DNA of 64,000 bases from contig JBMORA010000018.1 in the NCBI GenBank assembly GCA_049320885.1, forward strand, positions 1-64,000, read 5' to 3'. Within the stretch, counting starts at the first letter, position 1. Each line of letters opens with the position of its first letter. The stretch comes from Thermodesulfobacteriota bacterium. Its GTDB lineage: Bacteria > Desulfobacterota > Desulfobacteria > Desulfobacterales > SURF-7. Below are positions 48,180 through 58,699 of this stretch, piece by piece. Below the pieces are notes generated by a model, which saw nothing but the letters and a program-made list of their open reading frames with translations, made no database searches and was not told the origin of the DNA. The position numbers and the translations under genes are program-made.

Positions 48180-49778
48180 ATGAAACGACAATCCTATGAT
48201 GTGACGGTGATCGGCGCAGGCCCCAACGGCCTGATCTGCAGCGCCTACCTGGCCAAGGCCGGATTGAAGGTGGCGCTGCTGGAACGGCGGCATGAAACCG
48301 GGGGCGGTCTGGACACCCTGGAATTCGGCGGGTTCAAATTCAACCCCCACGCCGTCTACCATCTCATGGCCGAGGTGATGCCGGCCTATACGGATCTGGA
48401 CCTGAGGTCCAAGGGACTGCGCTATATTTTTCCGGAAGTCCAGGCCGCCTATTTGACGGAGGGCAGACCGCCGTTGCTGTTCTACCATGACCCCATGCGC
48501 ACCATCGACCACATTTCCCGCGCTTACTCCCCGCGGGAAGGCGAGAAATACCGCCGGATGTATTTCGATTTCAAGGATTTTTCCGAGAAAATCCTGATGC
48601 CGCTGACCTATGTGCCGCCCATGCCGGCCATGGACCAATTTTTATCGCTGGAAAGAGCCGCTGACGATGTGGGCAAGCGCTTCAATTCCATCGCGGATCT
48701 GACCGCCGTCGAAATTCTCGACCGGTATGGACTGGAGGAACCCCTCAAGGCCGCCCTGTTGAACCTGTTTGTCATGTGGGGCCTTTCACCTTTTGAAACC
48801 ATCGGGTATCTGCTGCCCCTGTATATCTATCGGATGACCAACGCCGCTCTCTGCGTGGGAGGCTCGCACCGGCTCTCGTCCGCCCTCCATAAGGTCCTGG
48901 TCAAGGCCGGCGGCGCGGTCCTGGATTCCTCGGAGGTGCGGCGGGTCAAATTGTCAAACGGCAAGGCCTGCGGCGTGGTCCTTTCCGACGGCAGTGAAAT
49001 CGACGCCCAAGCCGTGGTCTCCACCCTGGATCCCAGGCAGAGTTTCCTGGAATTTTTCGAGGAAGGCCAGCTGCCGGAAACTGTCAGGGAAAGCGCCAGA
49101 CGCTGGGAATGGGAAACATCCACGTTTTTCGGCGTCCATGCGGCCTTGAAAGAGGCACCCCGCTATGCGGCGGCCGAAGGGAATATGGACGCAAACCGGG
49201 CCATGATCACTTTTCTCGGCGTCCGGGATACGGATCAGCTGCTGGATCACATGGAGGAACTTTCAGCGGGAAAGCTGCCGTCGCATTTCCTGGGGCATAC
49301 CACCTGCGCCTCCCTGTTTGACCCACTGCAAGCCTGCGAAGGCTTCCATACCGGCAGATGGGAATCCCTTGTGCCGTTCGATTGCGACTGGGAAAAAATC
49401 AAGGACGACTACGCGCACCAATGCCTGGACGCGTGGCGGCGGCAAGCACCCAACCTGGAGACGCTCCACATCATGGCCTACCCCCCCACCTATATTGAAC
49501 AAAAGCTCAAAAATATGGTGCGGGGATCGTTCAAGCACGGTGCCTACCTGCCCCTGCAGATGGGCTATTTCCGACCCAACGACGTCTGCTCCCGGACCTA
49601 CACCCCTCTCGCCGGTTACTATGTCTGCGGCGCCAGCGTTTATCCCGGCGGCATGATCCTGGGCGGCGGCGGCTATATCGGCGCCAACATCATTGCCGAC
49701 GATTTCGGCGTTAAAAAGACCTGGGAGGAACCGGAAATGGTCAAGCAGGCCCGGGCCGCGGGGTTTATCGGGGAGTAG
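48180..49778 (+). CDS. Phytoene desaturase-family (COG1233) FAD oxidoreductase, subunit 2
   Basis: YDVTVIGAGPNGL...YLAKAG...LERR, GGSHRL, TPLAGYYVCGASVYPGG; ATG 5 nt after the previous stop. Confidence 0.88.
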   Translation: MKRQSYDVTVIGAGPNGLICSAYLAKAGLKVALLERRHETGGGLDTLEFGGFKFNPHAVYHLMAEVMPAYTDLDLRSKGLRYIFPEVQAAYLTEGRPPLLFYHDPMRTIDHISRAYSPREGEKYRRMYFDFKDFSEKILMPLTYVPPMPAMDQFLSLERAADDVGKRFNSIADLTAVEILDRYGLEEPLKAALLNLFVMWGLSPFETIGYLLPLYIYRMTNAALCVGGSHRLSSALHKVLVKAGGAVLDSSEVRRVKLSNGKACGVVLSDGSEIDAQAVVSTLDPRQSFLEFFEEGQLPETVRESARRWEWETSTFFGVHAALKEAPRYAAAEGNMDANRAMITFLGVRDTDQLLDHMEELSAGKLPSHFLGHTTCASLFDPLQACEGFHTGRWESLVPFDCDWEKIKDDYAHQCLDAWRRQAPNLETLHIMAYPPTYIEQKLKNMVRGSFKHGAYLPLQMGYFRPNDVCSRTYTPLAGYYVCGASVYPGGMILGGGGYIGANIIADDFGVKKTWEEPEMVKQARAAGFIGE

Positions 49779-50358
49779 CATCCATGTCTCCGATCCCCCA
49801 CTCAACGGCCGCATCGCCCACGGTGACCGAAGCCACATGATCCTCGCAATAAAAATGTTCCACCGACCATCGCCGGTTCCGGAAATCGATTTCGAGATGG
49901 CGGTCGTCGACAATGTGAACGACCCGGCAGCGGGAAAGACCCTTCAGGCCTTCCCCGACGGCTTTCAGCACCGCCTCCTTGGCGGTCCAATAACGAAACA
50001 GTTGTTCGGGAAGGAATCCGCCGCAGAGCGACCATTCATCCGGCGCGGCGACCTTATCCTGAAGTCCTTCCCGGAACGGTCTGATTTTTTCAATGTCGAT
50101 GCCCACAGGTTCCGGACCGGCCACAGCCGCCACAAATTCCGGTTTATGGGTAATGGACCAGAATAGACCATCCAGAGGCATGGGAACCCCGCTGTCATTC
50201 TTGGCAGGCCAGCCGGGCGGCAGGGAGACCCCGTATTTCCGGGCGGAGATCGTCAGGGCGTTGCGGGCGTGCCGGCTCAAAAAAATGACCAGGTCCCGGC
50301 CTTTGCGTTGCCGCTCCGATTCCGGCACCTTGAGAATAACGGGATGAATCAGCGCCAC
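49765..50358 (-). CDS. 4'-phosphopantetheinyl transferase (Sfp type)
   Basis: SITH, VGIDIE, WTAKEAVLKAVGEGL; GTG 50358 with GGAGG RBS. Confidence 0.88.
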   Translation of the reverse strand: MALIHPVILKVPESERQRKGRDLVIFLSRHARNALTISARKYGVSLPPGWPAKNDSGVPMPLDGLFWSITHKPEFVAAVAGPEPVGIDIEKIRPFREGLQDKVAAPDEWSLCGGFLPEQLFRYWTAKEAVLKAVGEGLKGLSRCRVVHIVDDRHLEIDFRNRRWSVEHFYCEDHVASVTVGDAAVEWGIGDMDATPR

Positions 50359-50374
50359 CGCGAGCCTCCAGCGA

Positions 50375-52510
50375 CTACCGTTGAGACTCGACCGGTTCCA
50401 GGATGATGCGCACGTCAGCCACGACGGCCCCCTCACCCTCCTTGTAGACCAGCAGGGGATTGATATCCAGTTCCTTGATTTCGGGATGGTTGATCACCAG
50501 ATCCGACAAGCTGACCAGCAGTTTATGGATGCATTCGATATCCGCCTTGGGTTTGTTGCGGAACCCGTTCAGCAGGGGGAAACTCTTGATGCTCCGCACC
50601 ATCCGCCTGGCATTGTTCCGGCCCACGGGCGCGAGGCGAAAAACCACATCCTTGAGCAGTTCGACGAATACCCCCCCCAGGCCGAACATGATCAGGGGGC
50701 CGAATCCGGGGTATCGGTTCATGCCCAGGATCACCTCATTGCCCGAGGGCGCCAGTTTCTGGACCAGCACCCCTTCGATTTGGGCATCGGCTCTGTAGTT
50801 TCTGGCGTTGGTGATGATCTTGGCATAGGCAGCCCGCACGGCCTTGGCGGTTTTCAGACCGACCATGACGCCGCCGGCGTCGGATTTATGGATGATCTGG
50901 GGCGAAACGATTTTCAGCACCACCGGATACCCGATCCGGTCCGCGATTTCTGTAGCCGCTTCCTCACTGCCGGCCAGTTCCATGGGCAGGATGTTGAAAC
51001 CGTAACATTTCAGCAGACGGGTACCGTCCATCTCCCCAAGATAGGTCTGACCGCTTGCAAGGCATTTCTCGATAATGGATGTCGCCTGATCCTTGTCGTG
51101 CTCCAGCACAAACTGGGCCAGCCGCTGCCGGTCGAGCCAGCGCCGGGCGGAATAGAGTTTGCCAAGCGCCTTGGCGGCGCTTTCGGGAAAGCGGTACACG
51201 GGGACATGATTTTCCTGAAGGTATTTCACACCGGCGGAAACGTCCACAATGCCCATGAAACTGCATACAATCGGTTTGACGGTTCTCTTGGAAATCCGGA
51301 CAATGGCCTCGGCTGTTCCGATGGCGTTGGTCATGGATTGGGGCGTCAGAATCACCAGTGCGCCGTGAACGTTTTCGTCCTTGATGACCGCCTCCAGGGC
51401 GTTCTCATAACGATCCTGGGCCGCATCGCCGATGACATCCACGGGATTGCGGATGTTGGCCGTGGGTGGCAGATGACTGGCCAGCACCTCGATGGTCTCC
51501 TCGTCGAAACGGGCCAGTTCCAGACCGGAAGTCACGGTCACATCCGTGGCGACAATACCGGGTCCGCCGGCGTTGGTGACGATGGCGATCTGGTTCCCAC
51601 TGGGGATTTTCTTGGCCGCGAACGCCGTGGCGTAATCGAACAGCTCGTTGACCGAATCCACCCGGATGATGCCGGCTTCATCGAAAATGGCGTCATAAAC
51701 GGCTTCGGTGCCGGCCAGCGAGCCGGTATGGGAAGCCGCGGCCCGGGCTCCGGCCACGGTGCGGCCGGATTTGATCACCAGAATCGGCGTGGGGCGTTCA
51801 CCGGAAGTGATTCCCTTGACCGTATTGATGAAATTATGGTCTCCGCGGCGCAACTCCTCCATGTAGATCATGATGACTTCCGTATGGAGATCTTCGTGCA
51901 GATAGCGCAACAGATCGAGTTCCTCCACGTCGGCCTTGTTGCCGATGGAGATAAACTTGGAAAAACCGAACCCCCGGTCCGCGGCGAAATCCAGCACCGC
52001 GGTGCACAAGGCGCCGCTCTGGGAAATGAAAGAAATGTTGCCTTCATCGGGCATACGAGCTGAAAAACTGGCATTCAACCGGATATCCCGGTGGGGGTTG
52101 ATCACCCCCAGGCAGTTCGGCCCCACCAGGCGGATGCCGGCCTTCCGGCACAGATCAACGATCCTGTTTTCGATCACCAGGCCTTCCCCGCCCACTTCCC
52201 GGAACCCCGCCGATACGATGACGATCCCCTTGACCCCTTTCTTGACACAGTCTTCCACCGCCGACAGGGCCACTTTGGGCGGCAGGATGATCATGGCCAG
52301 ATCCACCTCATCCGGTATATCCAGCAGGGTCGGATAGGCCTTGATGCATTGGATGGACTTGGCCTTTGGATTGACCGGATACAAGGTTCCCTTGTACCCC
52401 CCTTTTAAGATATTCTGAAAAATATCATGGCCGACCTTGCCGGGAATGGCCGAAGCCCCCAGCACCGCAACCGATTGGGGGGAAAAGATGGCGTCGATTT
52501 TATGGGTCAT
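50375..52510 (-). CDS. Acetate/acyl-CoA ligase (ADP-forming), fused alpha-beta form
   Basis: CoA-binding domain, GPNCLG, SQSGA, SHTGSL (phospho-His), ATP-grasp HKSDAGGV and ELDINPL. Confidence 0.92.
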   Translation of the reverse strand: MTHKIDAIFSPQSVAVLGASAIPGKVGHDIFQNILKGGYKGTLYPVNPKAKSIQCIKAYPTLLDIPDEVDLAMIILPPKVALSAVEDCVKKGVKGIVIVSAGFREVGGEGLVIENRIVDLCRKAGIRLVGPNCLGVINPHRDIRLNASFSARMPDEGNISFISQSGALCTAVLDFAADRGFGFSKFISIGNKADVEELDLLRYLHEDLHTEVIMIYMEELRRGDHNFINTVKGITSGERPTPILVIKSGRTVAGARAAASHTGSLAGTEAVYDAIFDEAGIIRVDSVNELFDYATAFAAKKIPSGNQIAIVTNAGGPGIVATDVTVTSGLELARFDEETIEVLASHLPPTANIRNPVDVIGDAAQDRYENALEAVIKDENVHGALVILTPQSMTNAIGTAEAIVRISKRTVKPIVCSFMGIVDVSAGVKYLQENHVPVYRFPESAAKALGKLYSARRWLDRQRLAQFVLEHDKDQATSIIEKCLASGQTYLGEMDGTRLLKCYGFNILPMELAGSEEAATEIADRIGYPVVLKIVSPQIIHKSDAGGVMVGLKTAKAVRAAYAKIITNARNYRADAQIEGVLVQKLAPSGNEVILGMNRYPGFGPLIMFGLGGVFVELLKDVVFRLAPVGRNNARRMVRSIKSFPLLNGFRNKPKADIECIHKLLVSLSDLVINHPEIKELDINPLLVYKEGEGAVVADVRIILEPVESQR

Positions 52511-53396
52511 GGAATCGTTCTCCTTTTATTTTCATTGCCTGTTCATACACTTTTTTCCTGGGAAAATGATACTTCGCCGCAATCCGCCGGGCCACCTCCG
52601 AAGGCCGGGCCCCGGGCTCAGCGAGTGCTTCCGCCAACTCGGCCTCCAGAAATCCATCTCCGGAATCCGGGACGCCGTGCTCACATCCCGCCACCAGCAG
52701 GGTGCATTCCCCCTTGATCAGCGGCCGCTGTTCCAGGCGCGAGGTCAGTTCCGATAAACGCCCCCGCTGAAACTCCTCAAACGTTTTGGTCATCTCCCGG
52801 GAAAGCACCGCCTGTCTGTCCCCGAAAATTCCATGCACACTCTGCAGCAGCCCCATCAGCCGCCTGGGGGACTCATAAAAGATCACGGTCCGCGGCTCCC
52901 GGGCCAGGATTTCCAACTGCTGGACGCGGCGACCGGATTTCCGGGAAAGAAAACCGACGAACACAAAGGAATCGGTGGGCAAACCGGACACGGAAAGAGC
53001 GGCGGTTACCGCCGATACGCCGGGTATGGGAACCACACGGATATGATTCCCGATGGCCGCCTGGACCAGGCGGAAACCCGGATCGGAAACCGAAGGGGTT
53101 CCGGCATCGGAGATCAGGGCAACGCTCAATCCGGATTTGATTTTGTCGATAAGGGAAACACAACGAGCCATTTCGTTGTATTCATGACAGGAAACCAGCA
53201 GCCCTTTGATTCCATGGTGGGCCAGGAGCCGCCGGGCTTCCCGGGTGTCCTCGGCGGCGATCAAGTCAACTTCCCCGAGGATCCGAATGGCCCGCAGCGT
53301 CATATCCTCCATGTTGCCGATGGGGGTTGCGACGACATACAACACCCCTTCTCCGCCGGGAGTTTTTTCCTTATGTGGTGACAAGGGGAAAGGCAT
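52500..53396 (-). CDS. rsmI: 16S rRNA (cytidine1402-2'-O)-methyltransferase
   Basis: LYVVATPIGN, AEDTR, SDAGTP.VSDPG, YESPRR, REMTK; start uncertain. Confidence 0.93.
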   Translation of the reverse strand: MPFPLSPHKEKTPGGEGVLYVVATPIGNMEDMTLRAIRILGEVDLIAAEDTREARRLLAHHGIKGLLVSCHEYNEMARCVSLIDKIKSGLSVALISDAGTPSVSDPGFRLVQAAIGNHIRVVPIPGVSAVTAALSVSGLPTDSFVFVGFLSRKSGRRVQQLEILAREPRTVIFYESPRRLMGLLQSVHGIFGDRQAVLSREMTKTFEEFQRGRLSELTSRLEQRPLIKGECTLLVAGCEHGVPDSGDGFLEAELAEALAEPGARPSEVARRIAAKYHFPRKKVYEQAMKIKGERFHDP

Positions 53397-53742
53397 TCTG
53401 CACGATTTCAATCGAGGGGGTTTCCCTGCTGGAATCAACGGCCACGACGTCGAATCTTGCCCGGTCATGCATCCGGCCGGTCTCTTTCAAAAACACCAGG
53501 GCCGCCAGGGATATCTTTCTCTGCTTGGCCGGTGTCACCGCGTATTTGGGATTGCCGTACCGGTGGGAGCGTCTGGCTTTGACCTCCACAAAAACGATCA
53601 CATCGCCTTCCATGGCGATGATATCGATCTCCCCGAGGCGGTTGCGATAGTTCTGCGCCAGAATCCGATAGCCGCGGCGTTTCAAGGCCTTGACCGCCAG
53701 CAGTTCTCCCTTGCCGCCGAATATCTGTTGCTTGTTCAACAT
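53371..53742 (-). CDS. yraN: YraN family protein (UPF0102)
   Basis: GEIDIIA, VFVEVKAR, RFDVV. Confidence 0.9.
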   Translation of the reverse strand: MLNKQQIFGGKGELLAVKALKRRGYRILAQNYRNRLGEIDIIAMEGDVIVFVEVKARRSHRYGNPKYAVTPAKQRKISLAALVFLKETGRMHDRARFDVVAVDSSRETPSIEIVQNAFPLVTT

Positions 53743-53833
53743 GATCGGGCACCCTGAAACGTCCACTCCTAGCGCTCTTGATCGGCCGTCGGGAACCGCT
53801 GGTTGTCATCGGCCGGCTTTCCGTTGGGAACGT

Positions 53834-54436
53834 CTATGCTGCATATTCCCGGGCTCCGCTGAAAGTCCGCCGGTGGATGGGACAGCAGCCGAACCGGCGG
53901 ATGGCCTCTTTGTGCGCTTTTGTCGGATAGCCTTTATGGCTGGAAAAACCGAATTGGGGAAACTCCTGGTCATATCGTCCCATCAACCGGTCACGGGTGA
54001 CCTTGGCGACAATGGAAGCCGCCGCGATGGAAATGCTCAGGGAATCCCCTTTTTTGATGGCCTGCTGGGGCAAGGAGGTTTGAATCCCGAACGGGCCGTC
54101 GATCAACAAATGATCCGGCTGGGGCGAGAGGTTGCGGACGGAAAGCTCCATGGCGCAGAGGGACGCCTGCAAGATATTGATCCGGTCGATCTCGGCCGCG
54201 TCCACAATCCCGATCCCTACCGCGGTTGCCTGGCGATAGATCTCCCCGTACAATCGTTCCCGCTGTCTCTCCGTGAGTGTTTTGGAATCCTTCACGCCAT
54301 CCAGGGCAACCCCATGGGGCAGGATCACGGCTGCGGAAACCACCGGGCCGGCCAACGGACCCCGACCGGCCTCGTCGATTCCAGCGATCCTGGAAAAGCC
54401 CCGCTCTCGCAGCATCGTTTCCAACGTCCACATCAC
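53834..54436 (-). CDS. rnhB: Ribonuclease HII
   Basis: GIDEAGRGPLAGPV, DSK, AAASIVAKVTRD, HKGYPT. Confidence 0.95.
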   Translation of the reverse strand: MMWTLETMLRERGFSRIAGIDEAGRGPLAGPVVSAAVILPHGVALDGVKDSKTLTERQRERLYGEIYRQATAVGIGIVDAAEIDRINILQASLCAMELSVRNLSPQPDHLLIDGPFGIQTSLPQQAIKKGDSLSISIAAASIVAKVTRDRLMGRYDQEFPQFGFSSHKGYPTKAHKEAIRRFGCCPIHRRTFSGAREYAA

Positions 54437-54534
54437 GGTTTTCCCGCCTGTTGTCCTGTCGCCGGCGTCAGTGGTGCCATGGGAGACCGGCGGAATCCAG
54501 GATCACACAAGGTTACCATTGCTGCGGCAGAAGC

Positions 54535-54879
54535 TCAGAAACGACGTTCCTTGATCCTGGCCGCCTTACCGCGCAGGTTCCTCAAATAATAGATTTTCGC
54601 GCGCCGCACCTTGCCGCGGCTGTTGACTTCAATCCGGTCGATAACCGGCGAATGTAATGGAAATATCCGCTCAACACCCACGCCGTAAGATACCTTGCGG
54701 ACGGTAAACGTGGCATTGGTCATACCCCGGCGCCGGCTGATCACGACACCCTGGAAGGCCTGAACTCTTTCCTTCTCACCCTCCTTGATGCGCACATGTA
54801 CGGTAACGGTATCTCCAGGAGCGAAATCAGGATGATCCAGCCTCATCTGTTCGCGTTCAATCGCTTCAATCAATTGCAT
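54535..54879 (-). CDS. rplS: 50S ribosomal protein L19
   Basis: [28 protein letters not shown]. Confidence 0.97.
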   Translation of the reverse strand: MQLIEAIEREQMRLDHPDFAPGDTVTVHVRIKEGEKERVQAFQGVVISRRRGMTNATFTVRKVSYGVGVERIFPLHSPVIDRIEVNSRGKVRRAKIYYLRNLRGKAARIKERRF

Positions 54880-54891
54880 GTTCTTTTCTCC

Positions 54892-55467
54892 TTATCTGTT
54901 TTCTCCCATCAGACGATCGAATACAATGGACGCAGCCGATCGAACCGAGAGATGATTATATTCCGTGGGGCCTTTCACTGGCTCCAGTATGATGTCCGCC
55001 GCCTGGATCATTTCCTCCGCCAGCCCCCAGGCCGTTCCGAACAGAAACAAAAAAACACCCTCCTCCTTAAGACGGGCGCGCATGTCCTGAAATCCGATGG
55101 CTCCGGGCTTCCGCCGGGCGCTGGTGACAACGGTTATCGGCTCTCTCCCGGTCCATCGACGTATATCCGCTTGTACGCCCGCCACGGAATCCATGATCCG
55201 GATCAAATCCAGAGCCTGCTTTCTGGCCGGATTCCGGAAGGCGGCCACCCCACCGGACCAGTGGGATACAATCCGTTTGACCATCGCCTGCTGATCCACA
55301 AGGGGTGTCACCACGTAATACCCCGCAAGGCCATAGGTCTTCGCCGTCCTGGCAATATCATGCAAATCCAGGTTGGTCACGGCGGAAGCAATGGTTCCGC
55401 CATCCTTGTCCGCCACCGGATAATGAATCAGGGCCACATATGCATCAGCTGCTGATGAGGTCTTCAA
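54892..55467 (-). CDS. SPOUT-class RNA methyltransferase (TrmD-associated family)
   Basis: ALIHYPV, TNLDLHDIAR, FGTAWGL, YNHLSVRSA. Confidence 0.85.
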   Translation of the reverse strand: MKTSSAADAYVALIHYPVADKDGGTIASAVTNLDLHDIARTAKTYGLAGYYVVTPLVDQQAMVKRIVSHWSGGVAAFRNPARKQALDLIRIMDSVAGVQADIRRWTGREPITVVTSARRKPGAIGFQDMRARLKEEGVFLFLFGTAWGLAEEMIQAADIILEPVKGPTEYNHLSVRSAASIVFDRLMGENR

Positions 55468-56194
55468 TCGTGCGACACCACTTCTTCAGTATCCCGATTT
55501 CCCGGTCGCTCAATACTTTTTTTTTCAGCAGGTCCGGCCGTTTTAATAGCGTCCGGACCAACGAGGATTCCAGCCGCCAGTTATCAATCTCCCGATGGTT
55601 GCCATTCAGGAGGACTTCCGGAACTTCCTCGCCCCGAAACACAGCCGGACGGGTATAATGCGCATGCTCCAAAAGCCCTTCCTCGAAGGAATCCCGCTCG
55701 GCGGAGTCTTCCCCGCCCAACGCCCCGGGAATAAAACGCGTCAACGCGTCGATAATGGCCGCCGCGGCCAGCTCGCCGCCGGTCAGGACGTAATCGCCGA
55801 TGGAAATTTCCTCGTCGACCCTGTCCAGGATGATCCGTTCATCCACGCCCTCGTACCGACCGCAAACCAGGATCAGACCCTCTTCCCGGGACAAGGCCCG
55901 GGCCAGAAACTGATCAAACTTTCGCCCCTGGGGAGAAAGCAGGATGGTTCTGGCGGACGGCATCCGCGACTTTACGGCATCGATGGCGCCCTCCAAGGGC
56001 TCCGGTTTCATCACCATGCCGCTTCCGCCGCCGTAAGGCCGATCATCCGTCACGCGGTGCCGTCCCTCGGCAAAATCGCGGATATCAACGGCATGAACGG
56101 CTATCAACCCGCTTTCGACCGCCCGCCGGACGATCCCGTACCCCAGAAACGAGGCGATCATTTCCGGAAAGATCGTCAGAACCGCGATATTCAT
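55445..56194 (-). CDS. trmD: tRNA (guanine37-N1)-methyltransferase
   Basis: DDRPYGGG, CGRYEGVDER, SIGDYVLTGGE. Confidence 0.96.
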   Translation of the reverse strand: MNIAVLTIFPEMIASFLGYGIVRRAVESGLIAVHAVDIRDFAEGRHRVTDDRPYGGGSGMVMKPEPLEGAIDAVKSRMPSARTILLSPQGRKFDQFLARALSREEGLILVCGRYEGVDERIILDRVDEEISIGDYVLTGGELAAAAIIDALTRFIPGALGGEDSAERDSFEEGLLEHAHYTRPAVFRGEEVPEVLLNGNHREIDNWRLESSLVRTLLKRPDLLKKKVLSDREIGILKKWCRTIEDLISS

Positions 56195-56228
56195 CTTCCT
56201 GCGACACCGCCTTTTTCATGAGCCCCGG

Positions 56229-56738
56229 TCATAGCCCATCCGGGAGCCTAACCCGCATCCGCCCTGCCCGCAGATCGACATCCAAAATCACCGATTGAAG
56301 CGCTGGCACCAGGGTTTCCCTGGCGCCGTCCGTCACCACATACACATCGTTGCTGCCGGTGGGGACAATCTCCCGCACGCATCCCAGATAAACGTCGTCC
56401 TCCCCGTACACCCGGAGTCCCAGAATATCGCACCAGTAATACGTGCCCTCCTCCGGCTCCGGCAACTGTTCCCTCGCCACCAGAATCTCCGCCCCGATCA
56501 ACTCTTCCGCCTGACCGCGATCTTCCAGTCCTTCCAGAGAGAACAAAAGCAGCTGCTTATGGGGGCGGACCCAATTGATGGTCCGCATCTGCCCGCCCGT
56601 GCGCGTTCCTTCCACCAGAATCCGGCCACCCGGTTGAAACAGGGAGGGGTTCTCGGCGTAAGAACGCACCTTCAACTCCCCCTTGACGCCATGGACGCCA
56701 ACAATCTCCGCCATGGTGATGTAACCGTCCCCGCGCAT
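56229..56738 (-). CDS. rimM: Ribosome maturation factor RimM
   Basis: HGVKGE, YYWCDILG, GSNDV; position in the rpsP operon. Confidence 0.93.
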   Translation of the reverse strand: MRGDGYITMAEIVGVHGVKGELKVRSYAENPSLFQPGGRILVEGTRTGGQMRTINWVRPHKQLLLFSLEGLEDRGQAEELIGAEILVAREQLPEPEEGTYYWCDILGLRVYGEDDVYLGCVREIVPTGSNDVYVVTDGARETLVPALQSVILDVDLRAGRMRVRLPDGL

Positions 56739-56742
56739 CCGC

Positions 56743-56973
56743 CTATTCGATAATTTCCAGAACGGTCCGTTTCTTTTCCTTTGCGGCTGCCGCGCTCAGC
56801 AGGGTCCGCAAGGCCTTGGCCGTCCGGCCCTGTTTCCCGATCACTTTGCCAAGATCATCCTTGGCCACTTTCAGTTCCAGAACCGAAGTCTGATTACCCG
56901 TCACCTCCGACACCGCCACCTCTTCCGGATGATCAACTAGCGCCTGTGCGATGTACCTGATCAGTTCTTTCAT
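56743..56973 (-). CDS. khpA: KH-domain RNA-binding protein (KhpA/YlqC)
   Basis: [16 protein letters not shown] 56973 with GGAGG RBS. Confidence 0.9.
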   Translation of the reverse strand: MKELIRYIAQALVDHPEEVAVSEVTGNQTSVLELKVAKDDLGKVIGKQGRTAKALRTLLSAAAAKEKKRTVLEIIE

Positions 56974-57018
56974 CCTCCCGCCTCCTTCACCGGTGATTGA
57001 GAAATGGGTATTCAATCC

Positions 57019-57273
57019 CTATGCGGCTTGATTGGCGGCGCTTTCCTTTTTTAACAGGTTTTTCACCGTATCGGTGGGGATGGCGCCCCGATCCAGCCAA
57101 TATTTCAACCTGTCGTTCTGCAGACGCACCTCGGCCGGTTCCGCCACGGGATTGTACGTTCCGACGATTTCCAAAAAACGGCCGTCTCTCGGGCTCTCGC
57201 TGTTCGCCACAACGATACGGTAAAAGGGCCTTTTCTTTGCGCCTTGTCTGGCCAACCTGATTTTCACTGACAT
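57019..57273 (-). CDS. rpsP: 30S ribosomal protein S16
   Basis: [19 protein letters not shown]...PRDGRF. Confidence 0.97.
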   Translation of the reverse strand: MSVKIRLARQGAKKRPFYRIVVANSESPRDGRFLEIVGTYNPVAEPAEVRLQNDRLKYWLDRGAIPTDTVKNLLKKESAANQAA

Positions 57274-57286
57274 GCTTGTTTCTCCT

Positions 57287-58618
57287 TTAAAACGGCAATA
57301 GCCCGCGACCGAGGGATCGCAAGCCGCCTTTATTCATTTTCTTAAACACTTTCATTACCTGGGAATAATTCTTCAGCAACGTATTGACATCCTGCACGCG
57401 GGTTCCGCTGCCGGCGGCGATCCGCTTGCGGCGGCTTCCATTGATAATGGCATAATCCCGCCGCTCCTTGGGCGTCATGGAATTGATGATCGCCTCCACC
57501 CGCACCAATTCGCTTTCATCCACCTCCAGCTTTTTAAACTGCTTGTTGTTCGCCACACCGGGAATCATCTTCAGCAGGTCCTTTATGGACCCCAGCTTCC
57601 GCAACTGGACCATCTGATCCCTGAAATCCTCCAGGGAGAATTCGCTCTTCCGGAGCTTTTTTTCCAGTTCGATGGCTTTTTTCTCGTCCACCATATTCTG
57701 GGCTTTCTCGATGAGGGTCAACACATCCCCCATCCCCAGAATCCTGGAAGCCATCCGATCCGGATGAAACGGCTCCAGTTCGCTCAGCTTTTCACCGACA
57801 CCGATAAACTTGACCGGTTTACCGGTGACCGACCGGATGGAAAGAGCAGCCCCGCCCCGGGCATCGCCATCCATTTTGGTCAGAATCACGCCGCCGATTT
57901 CCAGATAACTGTCAAAGGACTGGGCGATGTTGACCGCATCCTGACCGGTCATGGCGTCGGCCACCAGCAGGATGTCGCTGGGAGTGGTGGCCGCCTTGAT
58001 GCGCTGAAGCTCGCCCATCAAATCTTCATCAATATGCAGACGTCCGGCGGTATCCAGAATGAGGGTGTCGCAACCCGATTGGCCCGCGCTTTTCCGGGCC
58101 TGACCGCAGATATCCACCGGATCCATGTCCGTACTGGAGGGAAAAACCGGAACCCCCAACTGGCTGCCAAGCTTGGTCAGTTGCTCGATGGCCGCCGGGC
58201 GATACACATCAGCCGGCACCAACAGCGGTTTCTTGCCCATCTTCCTAAGCAATACCGACAGTTTGCCGGCAGTGGTGGTTTTACCGGATCCCTGCAGCCC
58301 CACCAGCATCACCGCCGCCGGTTTGGCACCGCTCAGTTTCAGCCCCTCATGATGGGCGCCCATCAATTCCGTGAGGGTCTCGTTCACGATTTTAACCACC
58401 TGCTGTCCGGGCGTCAGACTGGACAGCACTTCAACCCCTAAAGCCCGCGATTTGACATCGGCAATGAACTGCTTAACGACCTTGTAATGGACATCCGCCT
58501 CCAGGAGCGCCATGCGGACCTCCCGCAGCCCCTCCTCGATGTTATTCTCCGTTAACTTGCCCTGCCCTTTTAATTTTTTAAATACCGAATTGAGTCGGTC
58601 GCTTAAATTGTCAAACAT
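57287..58618 (-). CDS. ffh: Signal recognition particle protein
   Basis: [26 protein letters not shown]-domain SRRKRIA.GSG. Confidence 0.97.
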   Translation of the reverse strand: MFDNLSDRLNSVFKKLKGQGKLTENNIEEGLREVRMALLEADVHYKVVKQFIADVKSRALGVEVLSSLTPGQQVVKIVNETLTELMGAHHEGLKLSGAKPAAVMLVGLQGSGKTTTAGKLSVLLRKMGKKPLLVPADVYRPAAIEQLTKLGSQLGVPVFPSSTDMDPVDICGQARKSAGQSGCDTLILDTAGRLHIDEDLMGELQRIKAATTPSDILLVADAMTGQDAVNIAQSFDSYLEIGGVILTKMDGDARGGAALSIRSVTGKPVKFIGVGEKLSELEPFHPDRMASRILGMGDVLTLIEKAQNMVDEKKAIELEKKLRKSEFSLEDFRDQMVQLRKLGSIKDLLKMIPGVANNKQFKKLEVDESELVRVEAIINSMTPKERRDYAIINGSRRKRIAAGSGTRVQDVNTLLKNYSQVMKVFKKMNKGGLRSLGRGLLPF

Positions 58619-58699
58619 CGGAGCAACACCCCTTAATGAAAAACTAAACTCTTGAAATTAATATTTCACCAATGGTATGTCAAGGGAAATAATCAATGA

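Noticed and set aside
46459..49778. Carotenoid biosynthesis cluster
   Set aside because: No crtB/crtE/crtY or hopanoid genes adjacent; only family-level similarity
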